Below are positions 40,406-42,038 of a stretch of DNA of 42,038 nucleotides, one piece after another. The DNA is from Gammaproteobacteria bacterium. GTDB lineage: Bacteria; Pseudomonadota; Gammaproteobacteria; Magnimaribacterales; D2472. The translations under genes were made by a program, and so were the position numbers. The notes beneath the pieces were generated by a model. It ran no database searches and was not told the DNA's origin. It was given only the letters and a program-made list of their open reading frames with translations. Positions within the stretch are counted from its first letter, which is position 1. Every line of letters begins with the position of its first letter. The stretch spans positions 1-42,038 of the forward strand of contig CBFHIO010000004.1 in assembly GCA_965656035.1 (NCBI GenBank). The letters are read 5' to 3'.

Positions 40406-41615
40406 AAATCATAAAACTTCAAATGTTTCTGAAAGAGAGCAATTCATTATAAATGAGTCCAATCAAATTTTATTAAATACTTTCTTAAAAGAAAAATTTA
40501 AAGAAAAGATAGACTCTTTTTTTGGTGTTTCTACTTGTAATAGAACTGAAGTTTATTTGCTAGCTGAATCGGGACTTGTTAGTGAAATTCTACTTGAAAC
40601 ATTAATATTCTTTGAAATAAACCACATACAAAAAGAAAGCTTTTATATCCTTGATAATCAGGATGCATTCATACATATATGTAAAGTTGCATCAGGAATA
40701 GACTCTCAGGTACTTGGAGAACAGGAAATATTTGGACAATTTAAAAAAGCTATAGAGGTTGCAAGACATGCAGATATTGCTAAACCCAGTCTTTTAAGTT
40801 ACACAAAAAAAGTTATCGAGATAGTAAAAAAAGTTAGAACACAGACAAATATAGGATTAAATCCATTATCTGTTAGTGGATTGTCGTTAAATTTAGTAAA
40901 AAATATCTTTGAGGAACCTCAAAATCAAAACGTTCTTATTCTTGGAGCTGGATCACTGGCACACGCTATTATTGATGATCTTATTAAAAAAGACATAACT
41001 AATATTCGAGCAGTAAATAGAAGTAAAAAAACAATTAAAATAAACAATGATCATGAAATAGTGCCATCATCTTTAAATACTTTGCATAAAGAATTAGAGT
41101 TTGCTGATATTGTAATAGCATCGGCTACCGCTGATCTGCCTTTAATTGGTAAAGGCTCTATAGAAAACGCCCTCAAAGTTCGTAGAAATAAACCAATGCT
41201 TTTAATTGATTTGGCAGTACCAAGAAATATTGAGGAAGAAATTAAGAATATTGAACAAGCATATTTATTCTCAATCGACGACATAGAAAAAATTACACAA
41301 GACAATTATGGTCAAAGAGTAATTGAGGCTGAGAAAGCTCTTAACATAATTGTGCTTGAGTCTCAGGATGCCCTTAAATCAATTCATGAAAAAATAATTA
41401 AAGATAAAGTTCAAATAAAATTAGAATCGTTTTTAGATCAACTTTCAGAAGAAGAGATCAAAAGGTTTAAATCCTCAGAGGATCTAAAACAAATGATAAT
41501 GAATTTATCAATAATAAAATATGAAGATAAATCTATAGATGAGGTCTTAGATATTAATAATGTTGATAATCATGTGATTGAATCAATGTTTAAAAGGTAC
41601 ATTAATAATGCATGA
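40383..41615 (+). CDS. hemA: glutamyl-tRNA reductase
   Basis: Motifs GINHKT, STCNRTEVY, SGIDSQVLGEQEIFGQ, GAGS and IDLAVPRNIE. Confidence 0.95.
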   Translation: MELQLFGINHKTSNVSEREQFIINESNQILLNTFLKEKFKEKIDSFFGVSTCNRTEVYLLAESGLVSEILLETLIFFEINHIQKESFYILDNQDAFIHICKVASGIDSQVLGEQEIFGQFKKAIEVARHADIAKPSLLSYTKKVIEIVKKVRTQTNIGLNPLSVSGLSLNLVKNIFEEPQNQNVLILGAGSLAHAIIDDLIKKDITNIRAVNRSKKTIKINNDHEIVPSSLNTLHKELEFADIVIASATADLPLIGKGSIENALKVRRNKPMLLIDLAVPRNIEEEIKNIEQAYLFSIDDIEKITQDNYGQRVIEAEKALNIIVLESQDALKSIHEKIIKDKVQIKLESFLDQLSEEEIKRFKSSEDLKQMIMNLSIIKYEDKSIDEVLDINNVDNHVIESMFKRYINNA

Positions 41616-42038
41616 TTCAATGAAGGCAAAGCTCTCAAAACTTCAAAAAAGGCTTGCTGAAATTCAGAAGCTATTAATAAATTCAGAGACTATTAAAGAT
41701 ATGGAAAACTATACTCTGCTTAATAAAGAGTTTGCAGATCTAAAGCCAATTGTTGATAAGTTTGATGAATATAACTCTGTTCTTGCTGGTATAAATGATG
41801 CAAATGAGATTCTTGAATCAGGTGACGAAGATCTAAAAAGTCTTGCCGAAGAAGAATTAAAAGAATCATTAGATAAACCAGATAAATTAGAACAAGAATT
41901 AAAATTAATGTTATTACCTAAAGATTCAGCAGATGACGGTTCTGCATTCCTTGAAATCAGAGCAGGAGCTGGAGGAGATGAGGCAGGTATTTTTGCAGGG
42001 GATCTATTCAGAATGTATTCACGACTTGCAGAAAGAGA
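41608..42038 (+). CDS. prfA: peptide chain release factor 1, N-terminal part (runs off window end)
   Basis: Not in ORF track. Hand translation from ATG 41608 gives MHDSMKAKLSKLQKRL...LLPKD..D...FLEIRAGAGGDEAGIFAGDLFRMYSR; hemA-prfA synteny. Confidence 0.94.
   Translation, partial: MHDSMKAKLSKLQKRLAEIQKLLINSETIKDMENYTLLNKEFADLKPIVDKFDEYNSVLAGINDANEILESGDEDLKSLAEEELKESLDKPDKLEQELKLMLLPKDSADDGSAFLEIRAGAGGDEAGIFAGDLFRMYSRLAER

Overview
AT-rich, extremely gene-dense core-genome window from a streamlined gammaproteobacterium. The gene order is Pseudomonas-like, with minimal spacers and many trimmed proteins; a marine SAR86-like lineage is my inference, not a database result. It holds reduced versions of conserved blocks: leuA(partial) / psi(holD)-like-rimI; gpx plus a membrane protein; elaA; an alpha/beta hydrolase; valS-pepA / lptF-lptG / RDD; a POT peptide transporter; map-glnD-dapD-dapE; carAB-greA-rlmE-ftsH-glmM-tpiA-secG; tRNA-Leu / tRNA-fMet-rimP-nusA-infB-rbfA-truB-rpsO-pnp; tRNA-Met-ychF-pth-rplY-prs-tRNA-Gln-ispE-lolB-like / hemA-prfA(partial). 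I saw no integrase, transposase, CRISPR array or prophage. The most interesting items are: (1) a tandem pair of paralogous 72/78-aa two-helix hydrophobic proteins of unknown function between the pnp terminator and tRNA-Met, separated by a strong hairpin, the first with an internal duplication; (2) a ValRS lacking its C-terminal coiled-coil region; (3) a diverged DNA Pol III psi-like gene while holC (chi) is missing from its usual pepA-valS slot; (4) recurrent -10 boxes 6-7 nt before SD-less ATGs, suggesting leaderless mRNAs; (5) head-to-head overlap of lolB-like and hemA starts; (6) an inverted tRNA-Leu(GAG).
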